Source: an uncultured bacterium
GTDB lineage: Bacteria > UBA8481
Reading direction: 5' to 3'
Length of the DNA stretch: 64,000 nucleotides
Assembly: GCA_964499705.1 (NCBI GenBank)
Contig: CAZCME010000019.1
Span: 1 to 64,000, forward strand
Shown: positions 1 to 10,003 of the stretch, one piece after another
Numbering within the stretch: position 1 is the stretch's first letter
How the letters are laid out: the number at the start of each line of letters is the position of its first letter
Program-made: the position numbers and the translations under genes
The notes under the pieces: generated by a model
Databases searched by the model: none
The model's input: only the letters and a program-made list of their open reading frames with translations
Told to the model about the DNA's origin: nothing

Positions 1-978
1 GCCGTCATCGTGTTGATCGTCCAGGTGGGAGCCGGCACCACGATGTACTATAACGCGCCGCCGAATTCCAACGGCATCGACGCAAACGTCATCAACTTCA
101 TCAGCGCCGCCACGTCGAAGCTCGACATCGCCATCTACAGCATCAGCCACCAGGGAATCGTCGACGCGATCCTCGCCGCGAAGGGGCGCGGAGTAGTGGT
201 CCGGATGGTGACGGAGACGGACAACTGGAATGCCTCCTGCGACCAGCTTGTCGCCGCGGGCATCTCGGTCGTGAAGGATAATGCCGGCGGCGGCGGATCC
301 GGACTGATGCACAACAAGTTCATCATCCGCGACGGCGGAGCCGTCCTGACAGGAAGCTATAACTTCACTCAGACCCAGACGACAAGCGACAAGAATGCGA
401 TCGTCATCTTCACGTCGTCGACGGGGCTTGCGAACATCTACACGACGGAATTCAACAAGATGTTCGTCTCCAAGAAGTTCGGAACCGCCAAGACGACGAC
501 CACCGTCGACTCGACGTATGTCAGCGGCGTGAACGTCCGCGTCTATTTTTCGCCGAAGACGAGCGTCACGACGAAGCTGAACACGGCGATCGGAACAGCC
601 AATTACAGCGTCTGGTTCGACATCTTCACCTTCACCGACCAGACCATCGCGGACAAGCTGATCGCCCGGAAGACCGCCGGCGTGGCGGTCAATGGCGTCT
701 TCGACCGCTGGCAGGCGGACGGCGTCTATTCGAAGGATGAGTATCTGCTGAACGCCGGCATTCCGATCCGTCGCGACAATTATACGGGACTGCTCCACGA
801 AAAGCTGATGGCCATCGACGCGGGAACGACGAGCGCACCCGTCGGCATCGTCGGTTCTTTCAACTTCACCGGCGCCGCGAACACGACGAATGACGAGAAT
901 ACCGTCTTCATCTACGGCTCCACCGTCGCCAGTTCCATCAAGTCGAACTGCTCGAGCGTCTACAACCTGTCGAATTAA
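1..978 (+). CDS. Phospholipase D/nuclease superfamily protein with two HKD motifs, probably secreted; 5' partial
   Basis: Motifs MHNKFIIRD..TGSYNFT and LHEKLMAID..VGSFNFT. The frame is open from base 1 through a hydrophobic stretch, so the true start lies upstream of the window. Confidence 0.85.
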   Translation, partial: AVIVLIVQVGAGTTMYYNAPPNSNGIDANVINFISAATSKLDIAIYSISHQGIVDAILAAKGRGVVVRMVTETDNWNASCDQLVAAGISVVKDNAGGGGSGLMHNKFIIRDGGAVLTGSYNFTQTQTTSDKNAIVIFTSSTGLANIYTTEFNKMFVSKKFGTAKTTTTVDSTYVSGVNVRVYFSPKTSVTTKLNTAIGTANYSVWFDIFTFTDQTIADKLIARKTAGVAVNGVFDRWQADGVYSKDEYLLNAGIPIRRDNYTGLLHEKLMAIDAGTTSAPVGIVGSFNFTGAANTTNDENTVFIYGSTVASSIKSNCSSVYNLSN

Positions 979-1307
979 AGAAGCGCCTTCTTCTTCAGGA
1001 TCCTCACCTGCTTCACGAGGCGTTCCAGCGCGCCCTTGCCGGATTTGATTTTGCCCGCGGCCAGGATCGCGGCGGTTTCCACTTCCGTCAAAATCCGGCG
1101 CATGTCTTTCTCCGACAGCTTCTTCCCGCGCAGTTTCTCCGCGAAGGCTTCATCCTCCCGTACCAGTTCCGATGCGCGCTGCTTCAGATCGTCCACAGGG
1201 GCATTCTGCAGCATTTTCCGCCGGGCGTCACGAGCGTTGACGGCCGCTTCCATGATCGTCTTCCCCAAAAACTCCTTGACGTATCCCGTCCGGCAGTATG
1301 AAGTCAT
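975..1307 (-). CDS. Hypothetical small helical, basic protein (start uncertain, possibly ATG at 1253)
   Basis: Protein-like composition, fills the gap between two + genes, and its stop overlaps the PLD stop. Confidence 0.55.
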   Translation of the reverse strand: MTSYCRTGYVKEFLGKTIMEAAVNARDARRKMLQNAPVDDLKQRASELVREDEAFAEKLRGKKLSEKDMRRILTEVETAAILAAGKIKSGKGALERLVKQVRILKKKALL

Positions 1308-1360
1308 GGCAGCCGCGCGTGTCTTTGTGAAGGGCGCGGGAATACAACTGGAGGATACGG

Positions 1361-1804
1361 GTGTTCGATAACAGTCTCATTTCCAAGGCGACGATTCTTT
1401 CGCTGCCTGCGGACAAGGGGAGAGCGATTCGCGCCGCGGTTGACGCGATGGCCAACCATTTGAAATTGAACGCCGAAGATATATTCAAAGCGGTGATGGA
1501 CCGGGAAAAGATCATGTCGACCGGGATGGGTCACGGAGTCGCCATTCCGCATGCGAAGGTCAAGGGCCTGAAGAACTTCTCGCTCTCGATCTCCCGTTCC
1601 GCCGATCCGATCGACTACGGCGCCCTGGATTCCACGCCTGTCCGGATCCTCGCGCTCCTCCTTTCCCCGGAAGATCAGGTCAAGGAACACGTCCGGATGA
1701 TCGCCGACATCACCAAGCGCCTCAAGTTTTCGCATGTTCGCCAGGCCATCCTGGACGCGAAGGATACGGCCGGAGTCGAATCGGCTTTTCTCCAGGCCAA
1801 GTAG
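1361..1804 (+). CDS. PTS sugar/nitrogen-regulatory IIA domain protein (PtsN-like)
   Basis: REKIMSTGMGHGVAIPHAK signature containing the phospho-His; GGAGG RBS before GTG. Confidence 0.9.
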   Translation: MFDNSLISKATILSLPADKGRAIRAAVDAMANHLKLNAEDIFKAVMDREKIMSTGMGHGVAIPHAKVKGLKNFSLSISRSADPIDYGALDSTPVRILALLLSPEDQVKEHVRMIADITKRLKFSHVRQAILDAKDTAGVESAFLQAK

Positions 1805-1888
1805 ACCGCTGTCACCTGGGCGCAGGGCGCGCGGGGTCTCGTGAACACGAGGGGGATCATGACGGAAACCGTCGTTCCCTGATGCGGC

Positions 1889-3235
1889 ATGCGTAAACTC
1901 CCCGTCTCGTTCCGCAGGATGCTCGCCGGCGAGCTTCCCTGGCTCGTCAAGCACCATGTCATCACCGATGATCAGTCCCGCAAGATCCGCGAGCTCTACG
2001 CGCTCGATTCCCTCGATGCGGACTCCGCCGCGCGCCTGTCGGGAATCATCTTCCTCATCGGTTCTCTTCTCATAGCCTGCGGGATGATCGCCTTCGTGGC
2101 GTATCATTGGGAGGGCATGCACGAGTTCTGGAAGTTGCTCGTCATCCTGTCCGCGATGCTCGGGGCTCACACGATCGGCTGGAAACTGAAGTCCAGGAAG
2201 CACGCTCCCATGGGCGACGCCTTCATCATCCTCGGCACGCTCATCTTTTTCGCCAACATCGCGCTCGTGGCGCAGATCTTTCACGTCGCCGGCGAAGGAG
2301 CGGACGCTTATCTCGCGCTCTTCTTCGGCGCCCTGGCGATGTCTTTCGCCGTGGAGAGCGTTCCGAATTTCATCATCGCCGCTCTCGGCATCGCGGCGTG
2401 GTTCGCGCACGAGCCGTGGACGGGTCCCGCGGGAATACGGTTGTACCTGGCGGTAACGATCTTCTTCGTCGTGACCTCCTCGTGGTTTTCCTGGCGCATC
2501 CGCTCGACCGTCGCCTTTGTCATCTTCTGGCTCGTCGGAACTTTCGCCCTGAATCGCACGATCGTCATGGCGATGGGATCGTCCGGCAACAGCCTGGCCG
2601 TTGCCGCGGCCCTGACGAGCTCGGGAATCCTCGCGCCACTGGCGAGCGTGATTCTCGATGCGCCCGGCGCGACGAATCGATTCGCGCGTCCGCTGCAGGG
2701 CCTGTCGCTGGCGCTTCTTTCCCTGGCCGCCCTGCTCCTTTCCTTCCGGGATTTTTCCCGCGAAGCGGCAATGCAGACCGGCGCGTATCCCTGGATCCTC
2801 TCTCTCTCGATCCTCTTCTCCCTCTCCGCCACCGGCGCGATTTTCCTGAGGGAGCGAAAGAACAGCGGCCTCCATCCCGCGATCTCCTTCACCCAGACTC
2901 CACTCCTGTCTCTGGCCGGCGCCGGTGCGCTGCTGATGCTTCTTCAATTCCACGAGGCGCTTGTCGTGATCGCGGGCAACCTGGCCGCCGCGTACCTCGG
3001 CTGTTTCGCCCTGAAGACCGGTCTCGATTCGGGAAGCCGCGGCCGTTTCTGGTTCGGGCTCTTCCTGATCGTCCTCGTCATCGCCGCGCGGTTTTTCGAG
3101 TATGACACGGGGCTTCAACTGAAGTCCGCCGTCTTCATTCTTCTCGGCATCTTCGTCATGGCGGGCGGCTACGCCTTCGAACGCCGCCGGGCGGATGCCT
3201 TGCGGATGGAGCACGGCGAGGGGACGCCGCGATGA
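1889..3235 (+). CDS. DUF2157-like multi-pass membrane protein
   Basis: N-terminal ELPWLVKHHVITDDQ..I...Y pattern, GMIAFVAYHW and ANIALVAQIFH motifs, many TM segments, coupled to a GDYXXLXY gene. Confidence 0.75.
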   Translation: MRKLPVSFRRMLAGELPWLVKHHVITDDQSRKIRELYALDSLDADSAARLSGIIFLIGSLLIACGMIAFVAYHWEGMHEFWKLLVILSAMLGAHTIGWKLKSRKHAPMGDAFIILGTLIFFANIALVAQIFHVAGEGADAYLALFFGALAMSFAVESVPNFIIAALGIAAWFAHEPWTGPAGIRLYLAVTIFFVVTSSWFSWRIRSTVAFVIFWLVGTFALNRTIVMAMGSSGNSLAVAAALTSSGILAPLASVILDAPGATNRFARPLQGLSLALLSLAALLLSFRDFSREAAMQTGAYPWILSLSILFSLSATGAIFLRERKNSGLHPAISFTQTPLLSLAGAGALLMLLQFHEALVVIAGNLAAAYLGCFALKTGLDSGSRGRFWFGLFLIVLVIAARFFEYDTGLQLKSAVFILLGIFVMAGGYAFERRRADALRMEHGEGTPR

Positions 3236-3732
3236 GAAAACTCTTCATCGCCGCCGTCTGCGTCCAGATCCTCATCCTCGCGCTCGTGCCATACAAGAAA
3301 ATCCGCGCCCGGTTTTTCGGCCGGGATATCGTCCTCGTGGCGGAGCAATACGATCCGTACGATCCGTTCCTGGGATATTATGTCCGAATGTCTTACGAGA
3401 TCGGTCAGCGCGGAACGGACAAGGCGTTTGTTCCGGGGCGCGTCTACACCGTCCTGGAGACCGATGCGGATGGAGTGACGCATCCGGCGTCTGTCGTGAA
3501 GGATCGCGGCGATATCCCGTCGAACCGGCAGTTCATAACGGGATTCAGCCGCGGAGGCACGATCGAGTACGGGCTGGAACAATATTTTGTTCCGGAGGAA
3601 CGGCACGCGGAGATCGACGATGCTCTGAGGCGCGCCCGCGAGGATTCGGTCCCCATCCGGGCCCGGGTGCGTGTCGATGAAGCTGGCAATTCCGCCCTGA
3701 TCGGTATTACCATCGGGCATGTCGATTACTAG
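3232..3732 (+). CDS. GDYXXLXY-family membrane-anchored protein
   Basis: YDPYDPFLGYYVRMSY and YGLEQYFVPE motifs; ATGA overlap with the upstream gene. Confidence 0.75.
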   Translation: MRKLFIAAVCVQILILALVPYKKIRARFFGRDIVLVAEQYDPYDPFLGYYVRMSYEIGQRGTDKAFVPGRVYTVLETDADGVTHPASVVKDRGDIPSNRQFITGFSRGGTIEYGLEQYFVPEERHAEIDDALRRAREDSVPIRARVRVDEAGNSALIGITIGHVDY

Positions 3733-3747
3733 GAGAGATCGCGCATC

Positions 3748-5253
3748 ATGAGCCGCGGCGCGCTGCTGCTGGACGGATTCTCCGAAGAGGATATCCAGTG
3801 GCTCTTCGCGAATTCGACCGAGCTCGCTCTGGAGCCCGGCACGCATCTCATCACCGAGGGCGAGGACGTCCACGCGCTCTATATCGTGCTCCAGGGTTAT
3901 CTCGCCGTCTTCATCGAATCGGCCGGCCACGGCCAGGTCGCGGCGCTGGGGCAGGGAGAGATGGTCGGCGAGATGTCCTTCCTCGAGCAGAAGAAGGCGG
4001 CGGCGTCCGTCAAGGCCGTGGAACCCGCCAGCGTACGGGTGCTGCCGTTCCTGGAGATCGAGAAGCGCATCGAATCCACGCCGGGTTTCGGAATCCGCTT
4101 CTTTCGCTCCCTGGCGCGGCTCATCTCGAGCCGACTGCGAGGACGTCCGGCGCTTACCGAGCATCCGGTCAATCCGGAGAGCGGATCCGATCGAACGGCG
4201 GTGGACGCGGAACGATCGGATGCCTGGAAGAAGATCAAGACCGAGATGGCGGACGTGCTGGAACTGCTGCGCGCCGCCGAGAACGACTCCGCGTTGAAGG
4301 ACAAGCGGCTCTCGGATGCCGGCATCAAGAACGTGCAGGACGCATGGTTGCGATTGACCGCGTCGCTGAATGCGACGGTCGGCGCCCAATCCCACGAGAA
4401 CCGGATGGTGAAGGACGAGATCGGCGCGTTCGCGCGGAATTCGCTCATTCCGTACGTCATGCAGACCGGCGTGATGAAGCGCGTGTACACGAAGCCCCGA
4501 GGATACGCCGGCGATTGCATCGCGATCGCGGACATTCACAACAACACGCCCGGCGGATCGAGCAATGTCGGTATCGCCCTGGATCGATGCTTCCTGCAGG
4601 AACCGGCGTGCGTTGCCATGCGCAGCCGGAAGGCGTTCATTGCGGAGGAAATCAAGAAGATCATCGCGGGACGGAAGAACGCGGAGACGCTGGTGACATG
4701 CCTCTCGGGCGGCCCGGCGGACGAACTGTTCGACACGTATCAGAAGATGGCGAGACCCGATCCCCTGAAGTCGACCGTCATCGATCTCGATTCCCAGGCG
4801 GTTTCCTTCCTGGAGATGCGCCGCGAGAAGCAGTATCTCGACACACTCATGGAGATTCACAACGAGAACGTGATCTACCTGTCGACGGGCCAGAGCCAGT
4901 TGAATCTTCCGCCGCAGGATTTCGTCTACTCCATCGGCCTCATCGATTACTTCGAGGACAACACCGTCGTCTCGCTCATCAATTTCATCTTCGGCATCTT
5001 GAAACCGAAGGGAACCGTGATCCTCGGGAATTTCCATCCGGACAATCCGAGCCGGACTCTGATGGACCACATCCTCGACTGGAAATATGTCCACAGGACG
5101 CCGGAGGACATGCAGCGGCTCTTCCAGCAATCGCTCTTCAAGCGCCCGCCGTGGAAAATCCGGTGGGACGAGCAGAAGATCTACGTCTTCGCGGAATGCG
5201 TCAAACCGTCGTCCGATAATTCCAAGAGCGGATTTTTCACGCCCGTCACCTGA
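3748..5253 (+). CDS. Cyclic-nucleotide-binding domain fused to a class I SAM-dependent methyltransferase (PhcB-like C-terminal domain)
   Basis: N-terminal LYIVLQG..GEMVGEMSFL..ASVKA CNB motif; C-terminal KPRGYAGD, SGGPADE, DFVYSIGLIDY and GNFHPDNP motifs. Confidence 0.75.
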   Translation: MSRGALLLDGFSEEDIQWLFANSTELALEPGTHLITEGEDVHALYIVLQGYLAVFIESAGHGQVAALGQGEMVGEMSFLEQKKAAASVKAVEPASVRVLPFLEIEKRIESTPGFGIRFFRSLARLISSRLRGRPALTEHPVNPESGSDRTAVDAERSDAWKKIKTEMADVLELLRAAENDSALKDKRLSDAGIKNVQDAWLRLTASLNATVGAQSHENRMVKDEIGAFARNSLIPYVMQTGVMKRVYTKPRGYAGDCIAIADIHNNTPGGSSNVGIALDRCFLQEPACVAMRSRKAFIAEEIKKIIAGRKNAETLVTCLSGGPADELFDTYQKMARPDPLKSTVIDLDSQAVSFLEMRREKQYLDTLMEIHNENVIYLSTGQSQLNLPPQDFVYSIGLIDYFEDNTVVSLINFIFGILKPKGTVILGNFHPDNPSRTLMDHILDWKYVHRTPEDMQRLFQQSLFKRPPWKIRWDEQKIYVFAECVKPSSDNSKSGFFTPVT

Positions 5254-5327
5254 CCGGAGGGTCGTTTCCGCCGACGCCCGCCAAGTACCCACTACACACG
5301 ACCCGCTTCAACCGGTATCATCGCGCC

Positions 5328-5609
5328 ATGGTTTCTCTCGATGAAGTCAAGCGCATCGCATCGCTGGCTCGCCTGGCGGTGACGGACGAGGAAGCGGAAC
5401 AATTCGCGGCGGAGCTCTCCAAGATTCTCGGGTTCGCCGCTTCGATCCGCGAGCTGGACACGACGAACGTGCCCTCGACGACGCATGTCCTGGACATCGT
5501 CGATGTCTGGCGGGAGGACGAACCGGGGAAATGCGTCGATCGGGACACGGCTCTTGCCCAGGCTCCGGCGGCGGAAGAAGGCTGCTTCATCGCTCCGAAG
5601 ATCGTATGA
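5328..5609 (+). CDS. gatC: Asp/Glu-tRNA amidotransferase subunit C
   Basis: [11 protein letters not shown] ... REDEP ... QAP ... F..PKIV; first gene of gatCAB. Confidence 0.95.
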   Translation: MVSLDEVKRIASLARLAVTDEEAEQFAAELSKILGFAASIRELDTTNVPSTTHVLDIVDVWREDEPGKCVDRDTALAQAPAAEEGCFIAPKIV

Positions 5610-7078
5610 CCATCCCGCGCACGGTTCACGGCATCGCGGAGGGAATCCGGAAGAAGCAGTTCACGGCGGATGAAGCCGCGGCGTTCTACCGGGCGCGCAT
5701 TGAACAGCACGACGGGCGCGTGGGCGCATACCTGCATGTGTATGAACCGATGTCGTCCGGCTCCGCCGATTCGCCTGTTCGCGGCGTTCCCCTGGGTCTG
5801 AAGGACCTGCTGGCGACGAAGGATGCTCCGACGACCTGCGCCTCGCGCATCCTGGAGGGTTACCGGCCGCCGTACGACGCGACGGCCGTTGCGCGCCTGC
5901 GGGCGGCGGGAGCGAACTTTCTCGGGAAGCTCAACATGGATGAATTCGCCATGGGGAGCTCCAACGAGAACTCCGCCTTCAAGCCCGTCCACAATCCGTG
6001 GGACCTGTCGCGCGTTCCGGGCGGCTCGTCGGGAGGCTCGGCCGCCGCCGTCGCGGCGAACCTGGCGCCGGCGACGCTGGGATCGGACACGGGCGGCTCC
6101 ATCCGCCAGCCGGCTTCCTTCTGCGGCGTGACAGGTCTGAAACCGACATATGGACGCGTCTCCCGATACGGCCTGGTCGCCTTCGCGTCGTCGCTGGATC
6201 AGATCGGGCCCTTCACGCACGACGCGCGCGACGCGGCGATCGTGCTCTCGGCCATGGCCGGTCACGATCCGATGGATTCCACGTCCGCGAGCGTCGCGGC
6301 GGAGGATTTCACGACGCACCTGACCGGCGACGTGAAGGGACTCCGGATCGGAATTCCCCGCGAGTATTTCGGCAAGGGGTTGTCGCCGGCGGTCGAGGCC
6401 GCCGTGCGGAAGGCGCTGGCGGCGATGGAGGAAGCCGGCGCGCACCTCGTGGAGATTTCGCTGCCGCACACCGAGCACGCGATCGCGGTGTATTATCTCG
6501 TGGCGACGGCGGAAGCGTCCTCCAATCTCGCGCGCTTCGACGGAATCCGGTACGGTTTGCGCGTCCCCGACGGATCGCTTGTGCCGACGTACAAGAAGAC
6601 GCGCGCGGAGGGATTCGGGAGGGAAGTCAAGCGACGGATCATGCTGGGAACGTACTGTCTCTCCTCCGGATACTACGATGCCTACTACAGGAAAGCCCTG
6701 GAAGTGCGAACGCTCATCCAGCGAGATTTTCTCGCGGCGTTCGATAGGGACAAGGGCGCGGGCGTCGACATCATCGCGACGCCGACGTCTCCGGCCGTGG
6801 CGTTCGGCTTCGGCGAAAAGTCGGCGGATCCCCTGACGATGTATCTCTCCGATATCTACACGATCTCCGCGAACCTGGCGGGCCTACCGGGAATCTCCAT
6901 CCCGTGCGGCTTCTCCGCGGCGGAAGGTTCGTCGCTTCCTTCGCCGAAGGCCGGCCTGCCGATCGGGCTCCAGTTCATCGGCAAGCCCTTCGACGAGGGC
7001 ACGATCCTCCGGGCGGCCGACGCTTACCAGAGGATGACCGACTGGCATGAGCGGCAGCCGGGGGAGTTCGCGCTGTGA
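5606..7078 (+). CDS. gatA: Asp/Glu-tRNA amidotransferase subunit A
   Basis: Amidase signature [33 protein letters not shown]. Start placed at ATG 5606, overlapping the gatC stop. Confidence 0.97.
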   Translation: MTIPRTVHGIAEGIRKKQFTADEAAAFYRARIEQHDGRVGAYLHVYEPMSSGSADSPVRGVPLGLKDLLATKDAPTTCASRILEGYRPPYDATAVARLRAAGANFLGKLNMDEFAMGSSNENSAFKPVHNPWDLSRVPGGSSGGSAAAVAANLAPATLGSDTGGSIRQPASFCGVTGLKPTYGRVSRYGLVAFASSLDQIGPFTHDARDAAIVLSAMAGHDPMDSTSASVAAEDFTTHLTGDVKGLRIGIPREYFGKGLSPAVEAAVRKALAAMEEAGAHLVEISLPHTEHAIAVYYLVATAEASSNLARFDGIRYGLRVPDGSLVPTYKKTRAEGFGREVKRRIMLGTYCLSSGYYDAYYRKALEVRTLIQRDFLAAFDRDKGAGVDIIATPTSPAVAFGFGEKSADPLTMYLSDIYTISANLAGLPGISIPCGFSAAEGSSLPSPKAGLPIGLQFIGKPFDEGTILRAADAYQRMTDWHERQPGEFAL

Positions 7079-8520
7079 CGGTGGAGAAAGCGCACTACGA
7101 GGCCGTCATCGGCCTCGAAGTTCATGTTCAGCTTTTGACCAGGACGAAGATCTTCTGCTCCTGTCCGAACCGTTTCGGCGGCGAGCCGAACACGCACATC
7201 TGCCCGACGTGCCTGGGATTGCCGGGATCGCTTCCGGTATTGAACAAGCACGCCCTGGAGTTGGCGACGCTGGCGGCCTTGTCCGTGGGCGGCACGATCG
7301 CGAAGCGGATGAAGTTCGACCGGAAGAATTATTTCTATCCCGATCTGCCGAAGGGATACCAGATCTCGCAGTTCGATCTGCCGCTCTCTTCCGGAGGAGG
7401 CATCGACCTGGCCAACGGCCGCCGGATCGGCATCACGCGGATCCATCTCGAGGAGGACGCGGGCAAGCTCCTTCATACGGCGGAGACGCTCGACGAGTCG
7501 CACTACACGCGCGTCGATCTGAACCGCGCGGGCACGCCGCTCATCGAGATCGTCTCCGAGCCCGACATCCGCGATCCGGAGGAAGCTCATGAATACCTGT
7601 CGCAGTTGAAGCAGAGAATGGAGTATTGCGAAGTCTCCGACTGCAACATGGAGGAAGGCAGCCTCCGGTGCGACGCCAACGTGTCGGTGCGGCGGCGCGG
7701 CGAGGAGAAGCTGGGCACGAAGGTCGAGGTCAAGAATCTCAATTCCTTCAAGCATGTCCAGGCGGCGATCCGCTTCGAGATCGACCGGCAGATGAAGGCG
7801 CTCGATTCGGGCGAGGCGATTCACCAGGAGACCCGGCTGTGGGATGTGGATAAAGGCGTCTCGCGGGGCATGCGGAGCAAGGAGGAATCGCATGACTACC
7901 GGTATTTCCCCGATCCGGACCTCGTCGCGTTTCATCTCGCGGATACGTTCGTTCGCGAAGTCATGCAGCGGCTTCCGGAGGCTCCGGGCGAGCGTGCGTC
8001 GCGGTTTACGAAGGAGTATGGATTGTCGGGGAAGGATGCGGGAGTATTGACCGCGGGGCGAAAGCTGGCGGACTTCTTCGAACAGGCCGTGAAGCGGCAT
8101 GGAAAAAATCCGAAGGGAATCGCGAACTGGATCATCTCCGAGTTTCTCCGCGAGCTTCCCGACAACGATCCGACGGTTTCGCGCGTGACGCCGGAGGCGA
8201 TCGCGGAGCTGGTGATCCTTATCGACGAGGGCACGATCTCGGGTAAGATCGCGAAGGATATTTTTCCGGAGATGGTAACGGAAGGAACCTCGCCCCGCGC
8301 GATCGTGCAGGCGCGAGGCCTTCTCCAGATCACTGACGAATCGGCCATCGAGGAAGTCTGCAGGCAGGTTCTTGCGGATAACCCCGGTCCCGTGGAACAG
8401 TACAAAGGCGGCAAGAAAGGCACGCTCGGATTTCTCGTGGGAGCAGTCATGAAGAAATCAGGCGGAAAGGCGAATCCTCCCATGGTTAATAAGATCCTGA
8501 CAAGGCTGCTCGAATCATGA
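7075..8520 (+). CDS. gatB: Asp/Glu-tRNA amidotransferase subunit B
   Basis: [40 protein letters not shown] and [10 protein letters not shown] motifs. Confidence 0.98.
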   Translation: MTVEKAHYEAVIGLEVHVQLLTRTKIFCSCPNRFGGEPNTHICPTCLGLPGSLPVLNKHALELATLAALSVGGTIAKRMKFDRKNYFYPDLPKGYQISQFDLPLSSGGGIDLANGRRIGITRIHLEEDAGKLLHTAETLDESHYTRVDLNRAGTPLIEIVSEPDIRDPEEAHEYLSQLKQRMEYCEVSDCNMEEGSLRCDANVSVRRRGEEKLGTKVEVKNLNSFKHVQAAIRFEIDRQMKALDSGEAIHQETRLWDVDKGVSRGMRSKEESHDYRYFPDPDLVAFHLADTFVREVMQRLPEAPGERASRFTKEYGLSGKDAGVLTAGRKLADFFEQAVKRHGKNPKGIANWIISEFLRELPDNDPTVSRVTPEAIAELVILIDEGTISGKIAKDIFPEMVTEGTSPRAIVQARGLLQITDESAIEEVCRQVLADNPGPVEQYKGGKKGTLGFLVGAVMKKSGGKANPPMVNKILTRLLES

Positions 8521-8993
8521 GCGACAACATGCAGGAGACTGCTCCGAAGAGCCCCGATGAGGAGAGCGCCGCTCTGCCGGTGTCTTCTCCGTCCTACATG
8601 ATCTCGGCCGTCGGAGGACTTTTCCTCGGCATCCTGGGCTTGGCGATCATGCTTTTCTTCGTGTCGTTGCCGGAAGACGGTCAGGCGTTCCTGGCGATCA
8701 TTCCAGTTGTGGGTCTCTTGGCGGCGGTATTGGGGACGTATGTATCGGCGGAGCCATATGATGAGCTGCGGGGCCTGTATGATCGGCTGGTTCATGACGC
8801 GGCGACCGTTGTAAAGACTCAAGTTGATGAAGGAAAGAGCGGCCTGACGGGGCGGCTTGAGGGGATCAGGGAAAGGCTATTGGCGGAGTCGATGCGGCTG
8901 GCGAAGGAAGCGGCGGACCTGGGCGCGGACGGCATTAAAATCGCCGAAGCCGCGGAAATGCTCCGCAGTGAGGCCGAAAAGTGTATCAAGTGA
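8517..8993 (+). CDS. Hypothetical protein with two TM helices and a coiled-coil tail
   Basis: ATGA overlap with gatB; two hydrophobic segments. Confidence 0.65.
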   Translation: MSDNMQETAPKSPDEESAALPVSSPSYMISAVGGLFLGILGLAIMLFFVSLPEDGQAFLAIIPVVGLLAAVLGTYVSAEPYDELRGLYDRLVHDAATVVKTQVDEGKSGLTGRLEGIRERLLAESMRLAKEAADLGADGIKIAEAAEMLRSEAEKCIK

Positions 8994-9048
8994 AACGGTT
9001 AGAAATGAAAAGAAATGAGAAATTTTTTCCTTATTTACGTGAAAATGC

Positions 9049-9076
9049 TAAAGTTTATTCGTTCACACGTCGATAA
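9049..9076 (+). promoter_or_regulatory. Sigma-28 (FliA/SigD)-type promoter of flgM
   Basis: TAAAGTTT-N12-GTCGATAA versus consensus TAAAGTTT-N11-GCCGATAA; AAGGAGG RBS at 9091-9097. Confidence 0.75.
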
Positions 9077-9107
9077 GATCTAATAGGGAAAAGGAGGTTC
9101 ACGGGTC

Positions 9108-9401
9108 ATGGTTATCGATAAGATTGGCACTCTCAGCAACATTCAATCTGCTTACTCGAACCAGATCCGAAAAGAGTCTGGCACGGATGCCGTCGAAAAG
9201 AAATCCGACCGGGTTGAAATCTCTGGCGCCGCCAAGCTGGCCCAACTCCGAGAAGCCGTCACGAAAGCCGCGAAGGAATCCTCGGAAGTCAGGCACGACA
9301 AGGTGGAAGAAGCCAAGAGAAAGCTCGAATCGGGTACTCTCATCAACGACAAAGTGATCGATGAGATCGCAAGCCGTATCGTAGACTCCATCGGACTGTA
9401 G
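9108..9401 (+). CDS. flgM: Anti-sigma-28 factor FlgM
   Basis: 97 aa with DRVEIS and VRHDKVEEAKRKLESG..I..IA motifs; sigma-28 promoter upstream. Confidence 0.85.
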   Translation: MVIDKIGTLSNIQSAYSNQIRKESGTDAVEKKSDRVEISGAAKLAQLREAVTKAAKESSEVRHDKVEEAKRKLESGTLINDKVIDEIASRIVDSIGL

Positions 9402-9506
9402 TCGAGATAGTCGCTTTTGTTTGACAAGCACTCATCGTAGGTCCGACTGAATCTGTTTCTCCGCCGAACAACGCTGACGAATACATACATCGTTCATTAA
9501 TCATCC

Positions 9507-9547
9507 AAAAGGCGGTCCAGGGAGATGTTCTTCCGGACCGCCTTTTT
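9507..9547 (+). terminator. Intrinsic terminator, potentially bidirectional
   Basis: AAAAGGCGGTCC ... GGACCGCCTTTTT stem with A and T tracts. Confidence 0.8.
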
Positions 9548-9583
9548 CGTTGCGGCCCGGGATCCTTCCGCTAATCTTCGTCG

Positions 9584-10003
9584 ATGAACCGCATCGACAT
9601 CGAGGAGATCGGCTTCGCCGTCCGGATGGGCGGGAAGATCGGGCTCGTCATCCTCGCTCCTCCTTCCGCGCTCCTGACCATCATGCCGATCACCGGCGAT
9701 TTCTCCTTCGCGTCCCTCGACGACGTTTCCCGATGGGTCCGTTTCGGCTTCGAAGTTTTCCTGATGGGAGGATGGGCGGCCGGCGCCGTGTCGCTCGTGC
9801 GCCAGCTCGTCGCCCGGTCAGTCGGCGCTCTTCTCGGATTCCTGACGGGAGGCGCCACCGGCGTGCTCGTCATGCACCTCATGGCCGTCATCTTTATCCT
9901 GATTTCCGGCGATGCGCCCGATCTCCTGGAGATCCTGCTGGGCGGCTCCATCATCTCCTTCAGCATCTCCGGCGCTCTTACGCACCGCGCCCAGGAAGAC
10001 TGA
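9584..10003 (+). CDS. Hypothetical 4-TM membrane protein
   Basis: Four hydrophobic segments and typical codon usage. Confidence 0.65.
   Translation: MNRIDIEEIGFAVRMGGKIGLVILAPPSALLTIMPITGDFSFASLDDVSRWVRFGFEVFLMGGWAAGAVSLVRQLVARSVGALLGFLTGGATGVLVMHLMAVIFILISGDAPDLLEILLGGSIISFSISGALTHRAQED

Noticed and set aside
1304-5292. Long minus-strand ORFs 1304-3214 and 3169-5292
   Set aside because: Antisense shadows of well-supported + strand genes; common in high-GC DNA, with no motifs.
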